NCBI GenBank assembly: GCA_021819135.1
Contig: JAKASE010000006.1
Coordinates: 18,165-82,164 of the forward strand
DNA length: 64,000 nucleotides
Direction of reading: 5' to 3'
Origin: Thermoplasmata archaeon
Lineage (GTDB): Archaea > Thermoplasmatota > Thermoplasmata > Lutacidiplasmatales > UBA184
Shown here: positions 21,085 to 30,314 of the stretch, in pieces
Numbering within the stretch: position 1 is the stretch's first letter
How the letters are laid out: every line of letters begins with the position of its first letter
Made by a program: the position numbers and the translations under genes
The notes under the pieces: generated by a model
The model's database searches: none
The model's input: the letters and a program-made list of their open reading frames with translations, nothing else
What the model was told of the DNA's origin: nothing

Positions 21085-24000
21085 CTACTCGTCGTCCTCT
21101 TCGTCCTCGTCCGACTTCCGGGATCCCCGCTCGAGGCCGGATCGGCCCCGGGTGTGGGTCGTGCGGGGTCCGCGAGAGCGTCGGCGGTAGTAGAAGATGA
21201 TCAGCCCGAGCACGACCACCACCGCCACTCCGATGGCGACGTACTCCAGGAGCTGGGTCGTCGGGTTCGGGTTCACCGTGATGGAGACCTGCGCGACGTT
21301 CGCCTGGCCGAGATTACCGGAGAACTGGTTCGTCGCGGTGGCGTTCGCGTAGAGGTCGTAGTTCCCCGTGGTGCCGGGGGTCCAGCGGATCTGGGCCCGC
21401 AGCGTCTGATTGTAGGCGAGCGATGCGACCGTGCCGGTGTCGACGAGGGCGTTGGCCACCCCGCCCGACGTGTAGTTGTAGAACGTCACGCTACCGGGCG
21501 AACCGGCGATGATCGTACGGCTCGTGCCGCCGGGGCTGGTCAGGTAGAACGTCACCTGGACCCCGTTCGCGACCGCGACCTTGCCGCTCGCCGCCTTGGT
21601 CGTCACATTGACCCAGAAGGTGTAGGTCGTGCCCGCGTTGAGCTTCTGGGACCCCGTGCCGCTCGGGCCGGTCATGTTGGTCAGGGTCAGGATCGGCGTG
21701 AGCGTCGTGTTCGCCGTCACCGAGAGCGACTGGTTGAGCCAGCCGCGGTTACCGTTCATGTCGGTCACGGTCAGGTTGATCCAGTAGAGCGACGTCGAGG
21801 CCGAGAGCCAGGCCGTCGGGTTGGGGTTGGCGCTGGTCCGGTTGATCCCGATGTGCACCGAGGAGTTCGTCGGGTTCGTGATCCACCAGTAGTAGGCCAC
21901 GACCGAACCGTTCCCTGGGTCCGAGGACGCCGCCCCGTTCATGCGGACGAGCGCGGAGAGGTTCGACTGGGCGACCAGGGTCTTGCTCGAGCCGATCGTG
22001 CGGTAGTTCACGTCCAGGAGCGAGTAGCTCGCGGTCGGCTTCTGGGTGTCGTTGACGAGGATCACGAGCGTCGACTTCGCGGACTGGCCGGTCGAGGCCC
22101 AGACGGTCATCGTCAGGTTCGCCTGCCAGCCATGGAACGGCACCGAGGTGCCGTTCACGCGGCCCGCCGAGAGGTAGGTGCCGGCGCCGAAGAACTGGTA
22201 CGAGGCGTTCGAGAACGCGAGGTACGAGCTCCCGTGGGCGACCGAATAGTTCGCCACCGTCGTCGTGAACCCGCCCCAGTACGACAGGCTGTAGGAGGCG
22301 ACCGAGACGTTGCCCGGGATCGTGGCGGTGGGGCTGACCTTCGCCGAGCTCCGCGTGGCATTGAACTGCAGGACCGAGCTCCAGTTCACGTAGAGGTACG
22401 TCGTCCCGCCGGCCGTCCTCGTCTGGGCGGCCGTGGCGTTGATCGCCATCCCGGCGGTCACCGGCCCTTCACCGACCCAGACGTGGAAGTGCGTGGTGTT
22501 CACGAGCCCGCCCGAGCTGGTCACCGTGAGCGAGCCGTCGAGGGGGGTGGCCGCGCTGGCGGTGGTGTACGTGTGCCAGGCCGTGGGCGTGGAGTTGGTC
22601 CACGTACCGCCATCCCCGAACGCCCAGGCGAACTTCGTGCCGTTGTTGCCCGCAGGGTAGAGCGAGTTCAGGGCGCTCCAGGTGACGTTCTGGCCGACCC
22701 CGACCAGGACGGTGTAATTCCCGTTCGTCTGGTTGAGGACGTTGTGGCTCGAGAAGGCGAAGTTGGTGACGGTCGCGTTCACGACCGCCGTGAGGTGCGA
22801 GTACGTCACGATCTGGAAGGCGAAGCTCCCGGCCGCGGTCGCGCTGTAGTACGAGGAGAGCGTGAACTCGGTCCACGTCCCTCCGGTCCCCCGGGCGACC
22901 AGCTTCGTGTCGGAGGGGACCGCCGTGCCGGCCTTCAGGACGTAGCCGGCGGGGAGCAGGACCGTGTAGTTGTAGACGTCCCCGCTGGTCGTCGGGTGGC
23001 GGAAGTTGAATGCGAAGGAGTACGCCGAGCTGTTGCGGAAGAGCGTGCCGTTGAGCTTGTAGGCGTTCGACCACGTGAGGGTGAGGTTCGCCGCGGTCGA
23101 GAGGCCGCACGTGCCCGAACAGGTCGACGTGTAGCCCGAAAGCGACTGGGCCGTGTTCGGTCCGACGAACGTCGTCCCGTTGATCGCGGTGCCCGCCTGG
23201 ACGGCCGGGAAGAACGGGCCGGACCGGTTCTCGAACTGGTAGACGCTCGGAAGGCTCGTGCTCGAGAAGCTCAACGAGTGCGCGAAGTCGAGGCCGAGCT
23301 GGGCCCAGAGCTGACCGACGGTCGCGTTCGGGAGGTTCGGGAACGTCGTGTCGTTCCCGAGGTTCTCCACCGTCCGCACCGACAGGTTGCCCGTGCCGCT
23401 CGCGACGTTGACCCCGGAGAAGTCGAGGGTCGTCTCGTAGTCCCCGATCTGGTTCGGCTGGAGGGGCGCGAGGTTGACGTTCTGGCTCTTGGACTGGGAC
23501 GTCCCCGAGACCGAGAACGAGTAGGCGGAGGTCGAGTAGTTCGTCGACGAGAGGATCGCCTCGAACGTCTGCGAGCCCCCGGTAATGAACCCGGCAGGGT
23601 AGGTCCCGAGGGCGTAGAAGCCGCCCGGCGGGGTCGCGGCCGAGTAGATGTAGCCGTTGGTCGCATCGTAGAGCGTCACGTTGCCCGCCGTCTGGATCCG
23701 GGCGCCGCTCGGGGTCAGCATCAGACCCGAGACGAGGTAGTTCCGGATGATCGGGTTCACGGTGATCCCGGAGGGCGTCACCGTGACCTGGGTCTCGTTC
23801 CTCGCCTGGGGCGGGGCGCTGTGGGCCAGCGACTCGAGCACGTAGGTGCCGAGAGGGGCCTTGACCGAGTACTTCGCCGTCGAGCTGTTGGTGATGTTGC
23901 TGACCAGGACGAGGGAGTTATAGACCGGGTCGAGGAGCTGGACGACCCCGGCCGTATCGAGATTGGAGCCCTGGTAGACCGTCCCGCTGATCGTGGAGTT

Positions 24001-24459
24001 GTACACGGGCGTCGAGACGTTCGTGACCTCGACCGGGGCGCCGCCGCCGGTCAGGTCGCTCGTCGAGTAGAAGGCGAACGTCGGGCTCTGCTGCTGCGGA
24101 AGTACCGCGCACGGGGCGCAGTTCGGGAGGGAGATGTTCCCTTCGGGCGGGACGTAGACACCCCAGTACCCGGGAGCCAGTGTGCCCCCCGTGTTCGCTC
24201 CATTGAACGTGAACTCGCCGCCGCCCCCGTACGTCGTGGCCGTGTAGACCGCGCCGGTGGCCCGCGAGACCAGATCGACCTGTACGCCGTTCGGGACCGG
24301 CGCGCCCTGGTAGGGCGCCGGCTGGCTCACAAATCCGTTCAGCGTATAGGTCGGGGCAGCACTAGCGCCCCCGGGGATCGCCGCGATCGTGCTCGCGAGA
24401 ACGATCACCACGATGGCCCACAGGGCCGCGCGGTACACTGGGCGGGCCAACTGTTCCAC
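21085..24459 (-). CDS. Large secreted, C-terminally anchored surface glycoprotein with PKD/Ig-like domains
   Basis: N-terminal signal peptide, S/T/N-rich with many NxS/T sequons, PKD motif WAFGDG, C-terminal TM helix followed by RRRSR and an acidic tail. Confidence 0.8.
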   Translation of the reverse strand: MEQLARPVYRAALWAIVVIVLASTIAAIPGGASAAPTYTLNGFVSQPAPYQGAPVPNGVQVDLVSRATGAVYTATTYGGGGEFTFNGANTGGTLAPGYWGVYVPPEGNISLPNCAPCAVLPQQQSPTFAFYSTSDLTGGGAPVEVTNVSTPVYNSTISGTVYQGSNLDTAGVVQLLDPVYNSLVLVSNITNSSTAKYSVKAPLGTYVLESLAHSAPPQARNETQVTVTPSGITVNPIIRNYLVSGLMLTPSGARIQTAGNVTLYDATNGYIYSAATPPGGFYALGTYPAGFITGGSQTFEAILSSTNYSTSAYSFSVSGTSQSKSQNVNLAPLQPNQIGDYETTLDFSGVNVASGTGNLSVRTVENLGNDTTFPNLPNATVGQLWAQLGLDFAHSLSFSSTSLPSVYQFENRSGPFFPAVQAGTAINGTTFVGPNTAQSLSGYTSTCSGTCGLSTAANLTLTWSNAYKLNGTLFRNSSAYSFAFNFRHPTTSGDVYNYTVLLPAGYVLKAGTAVPSDTKLVARGTGGTWTEFTLSSYYSATAAGSFAFQIVTYSHLTAVVNATVTNFAFSSHNVLNQTNGNYTVLVGVGQNVTWSALNSLYPAGNNGTKFAWAFGDGGTWTNSTPTAWHTYTTASAATPLDGSLTVTSSGGLVNTTHFHVWVGEGPVTAGMAINATAAQTRTAGGTTYLYVNWSSVLQFNATRSSAKVSPTATIPGNVSVASYSLSYWGGFTTTVANYSVAHGSSYLAFSNASYQFFGAGTYLSAGRVNGTSVPFHGWQANLTMTVWASTGQSAKSTLVILVNDTQKPTASYSLLDVNYRTIGSSKTLVAQSNLSALVRMNGAASSDPGNGSVVAYYWWITNPTNSSVHIGINRTSANPNPTAWLSASTSLYWINLTVTDMNGNRGWLNQSLSVTANTTLTPILTLTNMTGPSGTGSQKLNAGTTYTFWVNVTTKAASGKVAVANGVQVTFYLTSPGGTSRTIIAGSPGSVTFYNYTSGGVANALVDTGTVASLAYNQTLRAQIRWTPGTTGNYDLYANATATNQFSGNLGQANVAQVSITVNPNPTTQLLEYVAIGVAVVVVLGLIIFYYRRRSRGPRTTHTRGRSGLERGSRKSDEDEEDDE

Positions 24460-24562
24460 TTCTCCTTTCGGTATCCCCCTATCGGGGGCGGCGCGCCGAA
24501 CTTTGCCTCACTACTTATAGCTTGCTTCGCCGGAGTATGGGCGGGCCGCTCCCGGGCGGACG

Positions 24563-26788
24563 TTAGCGGTAGATCGCCTCGACCGGCTCCTCGCGCCGCC
24601 GGGGAGAGCGCTCGCGGGAAAGGTGCTTTTCGAACTCCTCGTAGAACTTGAGGGTCTCGGGGTCGCACGAGGCACGGACCTGCTTGAACGCCGCATCGAA
24701 ATGCGCCCGGGTGACCTTCGAGGCCTTCAGGTTCTCGCGGATCGCGGTAAGGCCGGCCTCGCGGCAGAGCGCGGCGAGGTCGCTCCCGACGTACCCCTCC
24801 GCCCGGTGGGCGATCGTCGAGAGGTCGACGTCGTCCGCGAGCGGCATCTTCCGGCTGTGGACCTTCAGGATCTCGAGCCGGCCGAGGGGGTTCGGGGGCT
24901 CGACATAGAGGAGCCGGTCGAACCGCCCGGTCCGCAGGAGCGCCTCGTCGACGATGTCGGGGCGGTTCGTCGCGGCGATTACGAGCACGCGCTCGAGGCT
25001 CTCGAGCCCGTCGATCGACGTGAGGAGCTGGTTCACGATCCGCTCGGTCACGCCGCTCGAGGTCTGGAGGCCCCGGCGGGGGGCGATCGAGTCGATCTCG
25101 TCGATGAAGACGATCGACGGGGAGGCCTGCCGGGCCTTCTTGAAGATCATGCGGATCGCCTTCTCGCTCTCGCCGACCCACTTGCTCATCACCTCGGGTC
25201 CCTTGACCGAGATGAAGTTCGCCTGGCTCTCCGTCGCCGCGGCCTTGGCGAGGAGCGTCTTCCCCACCCCGGGCGGCCCGTAGAGGAGGATCCCCCGCGG
25301 CGGTTCGATCCCGATGTGGCGGTAGACCTGCGGGTTCTTGAACGGGAGCTCGACCGACTCCTCGAGGATGCGCCGGACCCGCTCGAGCCCGCCGACCTCG
25401 TCCCAGTGGGTCGTCGGGACCTCCACCGCGACGTCCCGCAGGCTCGACGGCTCGATTTGCTTCAGCGCCTCGCGGAAGTCCGCCTCGGTGACCTTCATCC
25501 GCTCGAGGAGCGAGAGGGGGATCGGCTGGTCGAAGTCGATCTCGGGGAGGTACCGGCGTAGCGCCCGCATCGCCGCCTCCCGGGCGAGCGAGGAGAGGTC
25601 CGCGCCGACGAACCCGTGGCTCTGCGCCGAGAGCTCCTTCAGGACGCGGTCGCGGTCCCGCTCGCTGCCCTCGATCGGCATCCCGCGGGTGTGGATCTGG
25701 AGGATCTCGAGGCGGCCCTCCTGCGTCGGCACTCCGATCTCGATCTCTCGGTCGAACCGGCCCGGACGGCGGAGGGCGGGATCGATCGCCTCCTCCCGGT
25801 TCGTGGCGGCGATGACGATGACGTTCCCGCGGCCGGAAAGGCCGTCCATGAGCGTGAGGAGCTGCGCGACGACCCGGCGCTCGACCTCGCCGACCACCTC
25901 GTCGCGGCGGGGAGCGATCGAATCGAGCTCGTCGATGAAGATGACGCTCGGCGCGTTCTTCTCGGCCTCCTCGAACTTCTCGCGGAGCTCTTTCTCGCTC
26001 TCGCCGTAGTACTTCGAGATGATCTCGGGCCCCTGGATGCCGATGAAGTGGGCACCGGCCTCGTTCGCCACCGCCTTCGCGATGAGCGTCTTGCCCGTAC
26101 CGGGCGGGCCGTACAGCAGCACCCCCTTCGGCGGTGTGATCGCGAGCCGGTCGAACAGCTCCGGATGCTTCAGCGGGAGCTCGATCATCTCGCGGACCCG
26201 GCCGAGCTTCTCGGTGAGCCCCCCGATGTCCTCGTAGGAGACGCGCGGCGCGGCGACCTCGGTCTCGCTGACCGTCTCCTCCTTGATCGTGATCAGGGTC
26301 GAGGGAGCGACCTGGACGATCCCTTTCGGCTGGGTCGAGACGACCATGAACGGCAGCGAACCGCCCATCAGGAAGACCCCCGGGATCACGAACACGTCGC
26401 CGCGGATGAACGGTCGACGCGCGAGCGCCTTCGCGACGAAGCTCTCGAGCCCGGGGCCGAGGTCCATGCGCGCCGAACCGGCGTAGATCGGCGCGATCGT
26501 GATCGCGTCCGCGGTCGGGCAGTCGACCCGCTGCACGACGATCCGGTCGCCGATGCTCACGCCGGCGTTCCGGCGGACGACCGCCTCGATCCGGATCATC
26601 CCCTTCCCCTCGTCGTCCGGCTGGGCCCGGCTGACGATCGCCGGGGTCGGCTTGCGACCGCGGATCTCGATGATGTCCCCCAGACCGACCTTGAGTCGCT
26701 GCCGGGTCTGGACGTCCAGCCGGGCGGTCCCGAGCCCGATGTCCTGCTGGAACGCCTCCGCGACCCGGAGCGTGAACGCCTCGGTCAT
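24563..26788 (-). CDS. CDC48/VCP-like AAA+ ATPase (VAT)
   Basis: N domain plus two AAA modules ([16 protein letters not shown]), RRPGRFDRE; start at ATG 26788. Confidence 0.95.
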   Translation of the reverse strand: MTEAFTLRVAEAFQQDIGLGTARLDVQTRQRLKVGLGDIIEIRGRKPTPAIVSRAQPDDEGKGMIRIEAVVRRNAGVSIGDRIVVQRVDCPTADAITIAPIYAGSARMDLGPGLESFVAKALARRPFIRGDVFVIPGVFLMGGSLPFMVVSTQPKGIVQVAPSTLITIKEETVSETEVAAPRVSYEDIGGLTEKLGRVREMIELPLKHPELFDRLAITPPKGVLLYGPPGTGKTLIAKAVANEAGAHFIGIQGPEIISKYYGESEKELREKFEEAEKNAPSVIFIDELDSIAPRRDEVVGEVERRVVAQLLTLMDGLSGRGNVIVIAATNREEAIDPALRRPGRFDREIEIGVPTQEGRLEILQIHTRGMPIEGSERDRDRVLKELSAQSHGFVGADLSSLAREAAMRALRRYLPEIDFDQPIPLSLLERMKVTEADFREALKQIEPSSLRDVAVEVPTTHWDEVGGLERVRRILEESVELPFKNPQVYRHIGIEPPRGILLYGPPGVGKTLLAKAAATESQANFISVKGPEVMSKWVGESEKAIRMIFKKARQASPSIVFIDEIDSIAPRRGLQTSSGVTERIVNQLLTSIDGLESLERVLVIAATNRPDIVDEALLRTGRFDRLLYVEPPNPLGRLEILKVHSRKMPLADDVDLSTIAHRAEGYVGSDLAALCREAGLTAIRENLKASKVTRAHFDAAFKQVRASCDPETLKFYEEFEKHLSRERSPRRREEPVEAIYR

Positions 26789-26822
26789 CGGCGGAGATCG
26801 AACCCCGGGGCGCGGTAAAAGG

Positions 26823-27686
26823 TTACCCGTCCTCGGGACGAACACCGCCCGGCAGGTCCGACAGGCCCGCGCGGTCCCCTCCCCCGATATCGAGCGTTCG
26901 CTGGCTCCGCTCGCGCGCGGCGGCCCCGAGGTCGGGCACCGGCTCGCCGAGAACGGCCGCGAGCTCCGCCGTCGTGCCGGGCCCGAACCCCATGAAGTGG
27001 TTGTTCGAGTAGGCGAAGACGCTCGTCGCGGCTCGCCCTTCCCGGTCGAAGAGCGCGCGCATCTTCTCGAGCTCGTCGCGGCCGCTCCGCTGGATCCGGT
27101 CGAAGCGGGTTAGCGCGCGGTCGCCGATGAACCGGGCATACAGGAAGTCCGCCGTGACCCACGGGGGCGGGTAGGTGGAGGGGACGACCGACCAGACGAG
27201 GGCGGCCCCCCGGCCCTCGAGGAGCCGGCGGGTCCCCTCCGTCCACCAGGAGCCGTGGCGGAGCTCGACCGCGAGCGAGACCTCGGGGGGAATCGCGGCG
27301 AGTAGGGCCTCGAGCCGGGGGGCTTCGGTCGCGCGGAACGAGGCGGGGAACTGGAGCACGATCGGCCCGAGCTTGCCGGTCGAACGCAGCGGGGAGAGGC
27401 TCTCGAGGAATCGGGCTAGGACCTCCGTCCCGTCGGTCCCCCGGTCCGGGTGGGTGACGTTGCGGGGGACCTTGAGCGAGAAGCGGAACCCTTCGGGGGT
27501 GATGCTCGCCCAGCGGCGGACGAGGAATGGGGTCGGCGGCCGGTAGAAACTCGAGTCGACCTCGACGGTACGGAAGACCCGGGCGTACCGCGCGAGGAAC
27601 TCTCCGGCCGGCGTGCCGGCCGGGTAGAACGGCCCGACCCAGTCGTCGTAGGCCCATCCGGAGCAGCCGAGCCAGTAGCGGCCCAC
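26823..27686 (-). CDS. DUF72 family protein
   Basis: GCSGWAY..W...FYP, VEVDSSFY, FSLKVP..VTH, LQFP, ELRH.SW, NNH; start at GTG 27686. Confidence 0.9.
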   Translation of the reverse strand: MGRYWLGCSGWAYDDWVGPFYPAGTPAGEFLARYARVFRTVEVDSSFYRPPTPFLVRRWASITPEGFRFSLKVPRNVTHPDRGTDGTEVLARFLESLSPLRSTGKLGPIVLQFPASFRATEAPRLEALLAAIPPEVSLAVELRHGSWWTEGTRRLLEGRGAALVWSVVPSTYPPPWVTADFLYARFIGDRALTRFDRIQRSGRDELEKMRALFDREGRAATSVFAYSNNHFMGFGPGTTAELAAVLGEPVPDLGAAARERSQRTLDIGGGDRAGLSDLPGGVRPEDG

Positions 27687-27787
27687 GGTAGGGAGGATGC
27701 CGGTCGGGTTATTCGCCTTCCGAGGGCCGGTCCCCGCGCGCCGCAGGAACGGAACCGAGATATCCCTCCCGCCCGCTCGGCCCGGTG

Positions 27788-28702
27788 ATGAGCCGGGTCG
27801 CCCCACCCTCTTCGGTCCTCGGACGTCTCCTCGAGGCCGCCGGATACCGGGTGGACGTGCGGGAGGAGGCGATCCTCGCTCACCGCCCGCGCGACCATCG
27901 GGCGGTCGTCATCGTCGGCAGCGCGCGCTCGCCGGCCGAGATCGAGTCGTGGTACCCGACGGACGCCGTGCATCGCACCATCGTCTACGACGACGACCCC
28001 GGTCCGGTGGCCCGGGCGCTCGCCGCCGACCGGGGGATCGAGGTCCTCGACCCGACCACCCTGGGACCCGCGCTCGCCGAGCTCCTGCTCCCTTCGGCGC
28101 TCGACCGGCCCGGTCCCTCGGAGCTCGGGGCTGCCGAACCGCTCCTCGAGCCGCCGTACGCGACCGAGTTCGGGGACGCGCGGACCGTACGGCCCCGGAT
28201 CGGCCGCGCGGAGGCGGAGGCGATCGCCGGGATCGACGCGCCGCGCTACCTCCTCCGTCTCGTCCCGTTCTATGTGGCCGCCTACCACGTGCGGCCGCCG
28301 TCCGCTCACGGAGCGCCCGGCCGGGTCATCCGTCAGATCGTCGCGGTGAACGGGCTCTCCCGCCGGGCGGAGGTCTGGACCGACCTCGACCGCGAGCTCG
28401 TCGAGGATCTCGACGAGCCGCATCAGCGGTTCGTCCCCCAGGTCACCGAGGGCGAGGCGGTGTCGCTCGCCCGGGAGGCGATCCGCCGGGAGCACACGAT
28501 CCATGTGGACCACACCGAGCAGCACGGGGGCGCGCTCGTCATCGAGTCCCGTCGGATCGCTCCCCCGATCGAGGACGTGCGGATCGGGCCGTTCGTCCTC
28601 CTGTTCGTCCCGTACTGGTACGCGGAAGGGGACGACGGACGGGTGGTCCTGGACGCGGTCACCGGTCGTCGGGTCACCAGCGCCGAGGCGGGGTCCCCGT
28701 AG
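27788..28702 (+). CDS. Hypothetical protein; N-terminus may have a degenerate restriction-endonuclease-like fold
   Basis: Coding-like composition; LLEAAGYRV...IEVLD segment and C-terminal VPYWY...VLDAVTG. Confidence 0.6.
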   Translation: MSRVAPPSSVLGRLLEAAGYRVDVREEAILAHRPRDHRAVVIVGSARSPAEIESWYPTDAVHRTIVYDDDPGPVARALAADRGIEVLDPTTLGPALAELLLPSALDRPGPSELGAAEPLLEPPYATEFGDARTVRPRIGRAEAEAIAGIDAPRYLLRLVPFYVAAYHVRPPSAHGAPGRVIRQIVAVNGLSRRAEVWTDLDRELVEDLDEPHQRFVPQVTEGEAVSLAREAIRREHTIHVDHTEQHGGALVIESRRIAPPIEDVRIGPFVLLFVPYWYAEGDDGRVVLDAVTGRRVTSAEAGSP

Positions 28703-28753
28703 GGGCGCGGGACGTCGGCGCACAGTAAATACTCGGGGCCGCTCGCGCCGGTC

Positions 28754-29365
28754 GTGCTGCTCGACCAGTTCCGCGTCGGCCCGCTGCTCAACTTCACCTA
28801 CCTCGTGGCGGACGCCGAAGGGGGGGAGGGCGCGGTGATCGATCCGTCGTTCGGGATCGAGCCGGTGCTCGAGGCGATCGACCGACGGCGGGTGAAGGTG
28901 CGGTACATCCTGAACACGCACAGCCACCCGGACCATGTCGCCGGCAACCAGGACGTTCGGGACCGAACCGGCGCGAAGGTCGTGGCCCATCGGGTGGCTC
29001 CCCTGCGCCAGGACCTCTCGGTCGAGGACGGGGACCGGTTCGACACCGGCCGGCTCCGGTTCACCGTGATGCACACGCCCGGCCACACGAAGGACAGCGT
29101 GCTGTACCTCTTCGAGGGTCACGTCGCCACCGGCGACACGCTGTTCGTCGGGGAGTGCGGTCGGACCGACCTTCCCGGCGGGGACCCGTCCGAAATGTAC
29201 GACAGCCTCCACCGGCGGCTCCTCTCGCTCGACGACGCGCTGGTCGTCCTGCCGGGCCACGACTACGGCCCGACCCCGTCCTCGACCATCGGGCGCGAGC
29301 GCGCGGAGAACTACACCCTGAAGCCCCGGACGCGCGAGGAATTCCTCCGCTTCCTGGCCGAGTGA
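28754..29365 (+). CDS. MBL-fold metallo-hydrolase (glyoxalase II/ETHE1-like)
   Basis: THSHPDH, HTPGHT, TGDTLF..CGRTD, PGHDY. Confidence 0.9.
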   Translation: MLLDQFRVGPLLNFTYLVADAEGGEGAVIDPSFGIEPVLEAIDRRRVKVRYILNTHSHPDHVAGNQDVRDRTGAKVVAHRVAPLRQDLSVEDGDRFDTGRLRFTVMHTPGHTKDSVLYLFEGHVATGDTLFVGECGRTDLPGGDPSEMYDSLHRRLLSLDDALVVLPGHDYGPTPSSTIGRERAENYTLKPRTREEFLRFLAE

Positions 29366-29382
29366 CCCCGGGGTCCCGTCCG

Positions 29383-29961
29383 ATGCCTCCTCCTCTCCCT
29401 CCTCCCGAGGAGCGTTCGCTGCGCGTGGTGGGCGCCCGCCGGCGCACCCCCGGCGTGCCCAGCCGGGAGACGGTCGTGCGGACGCTTCGAGAGATCGCGG
29501 AAGGGTCGCCCGCTCTCGTGGCGGTCTTCGACGCGCGCGCGATCGCGGGCGAGCGCCACCTCCTCTCGGCGTGGGCCCACCTCGGAAGAGCCCGCGCCCG
29601 CGGAGAGACCCGACTGCGGGACCGCGGCGCCGAGCTCGCGCTCTACGTGGCCGGCGACGACCAGCTTCCCCGGGCCCTCGGCAAGGTCGGGATCGGCGAC
29701 GCGACCGAGCAGTTCGTCGTGGTCGCCGAAAGGCCCCTCGACCCGGCCGAGCTCCTCCCCCGGTTCGGACTGGAGGCCGACGCGTCGGCGTACCCGAGAT
29801 CCCCGGACGAGGCGGCCCTCGACCGGCTCGGGATCTCGACCATCGAACGGGCGACCGTCCCCCGGGACCGATGGGAGGCGCTCGTCCTGGAGCGTGTCGC
29901 GATGCTGGACCTCTCGGCGCCGGCCGGCCGCGCCACCGGCGCCTCCGCCCCAAAGGGTTAA
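29383..29961 (+). CDS. cgi121: KEOPS complex subunit Cgi121
   Basis: FDARAIAGERHLLSA, ELALYVAG..Q...AL..VG, LVLERVAML. Confidence 0.78.
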   Translation: MPPPLPPPEERSLRVVGARRRTPGVPSRETVVRTLREIAEGSPALVAVFDARAIAGERHLLSAWAHLGRARARGETRLRDRGAELALYVAGDDQLPRALGKVGIGDATEQFVVVAERPLDPAELLPRFGLEADASAYPRSPDEAALDRLGISTIERATVPRDRWEALVLERVAMLDLSAPAGRATGASAPKG

Positions 29962-30003
29962 TCCCGCGGCACGGGTGCGCGACCGATCGCGGACGGCGGT
30001 CGT

Positions 30004-30105
30004 GCAGGTGTAATCTAGTGGTAGGATGTCAGCCCTCCAAGCTGACTACCCGGGTTCGAATCGGCCGGACCGGTCCGGTCGGCCGCGAAGCTCCCGGCAC
30101 CTGCA
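30004..30105 (+). tRNA. tRNA-Gly(TCC) with a 31-nt intron at 59/60 (intron 30061-30091)
   Basis: Acceptor GCAGGTG/CACCTGC with A73; D arm ATCT-AGTGGTA-GGAT; anticodon arm TCAGC-CCTCCAA-GCTGA; T stem CCGGG/CCCGG; removing the intron restores TTCGAAT. Confidence 0.9.
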
Positions 30106-30167
30106 TCCCACCGTCCGCGGAGCCTCGGGCGAGGCTTTATTCCGCTCGGGACCGCTCGGGCCCCCGC

Positions 30168-30250
30168 GCTGAGGTAGCCTAGCCCGGCAAGGCGCCAGCC
30201 TTGAAAGCTGGTGGCGTTCCGCCACGGGAGTTCAAATCTCCCCCTCAGCG
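30168..30250 (+). tRNA. tRNA-Ser(TGA)
   Basis: Acceptor GCTGAGG/CCTCAGC with G73; anticodon arm CCAGC-CTTGAAA-GCTGG; long variable arm; GGGAG-TTCAAAT-CTCCC. Confidence 0.95.
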
Positions 30251-30314
30251 CTCCGGGCGTTGCATCGCCCCTTCGCTACGTCTTATATCGGCAACTCCGG
30301 TCGGCCGGCGGCGC

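Noticed and set aside
30004-30250. tRNA pair as the integration site of an island carrying mutSL
   Set aside because: No integrase, no duplicated tRNA 3' end seen, and no visible composition shift.
30201-30314. N-terminal extension of MutS in the ORF track
   Set aside because: It overlaps tRNA-Ser and the TATA element; ATG 30315 is the plausible start.
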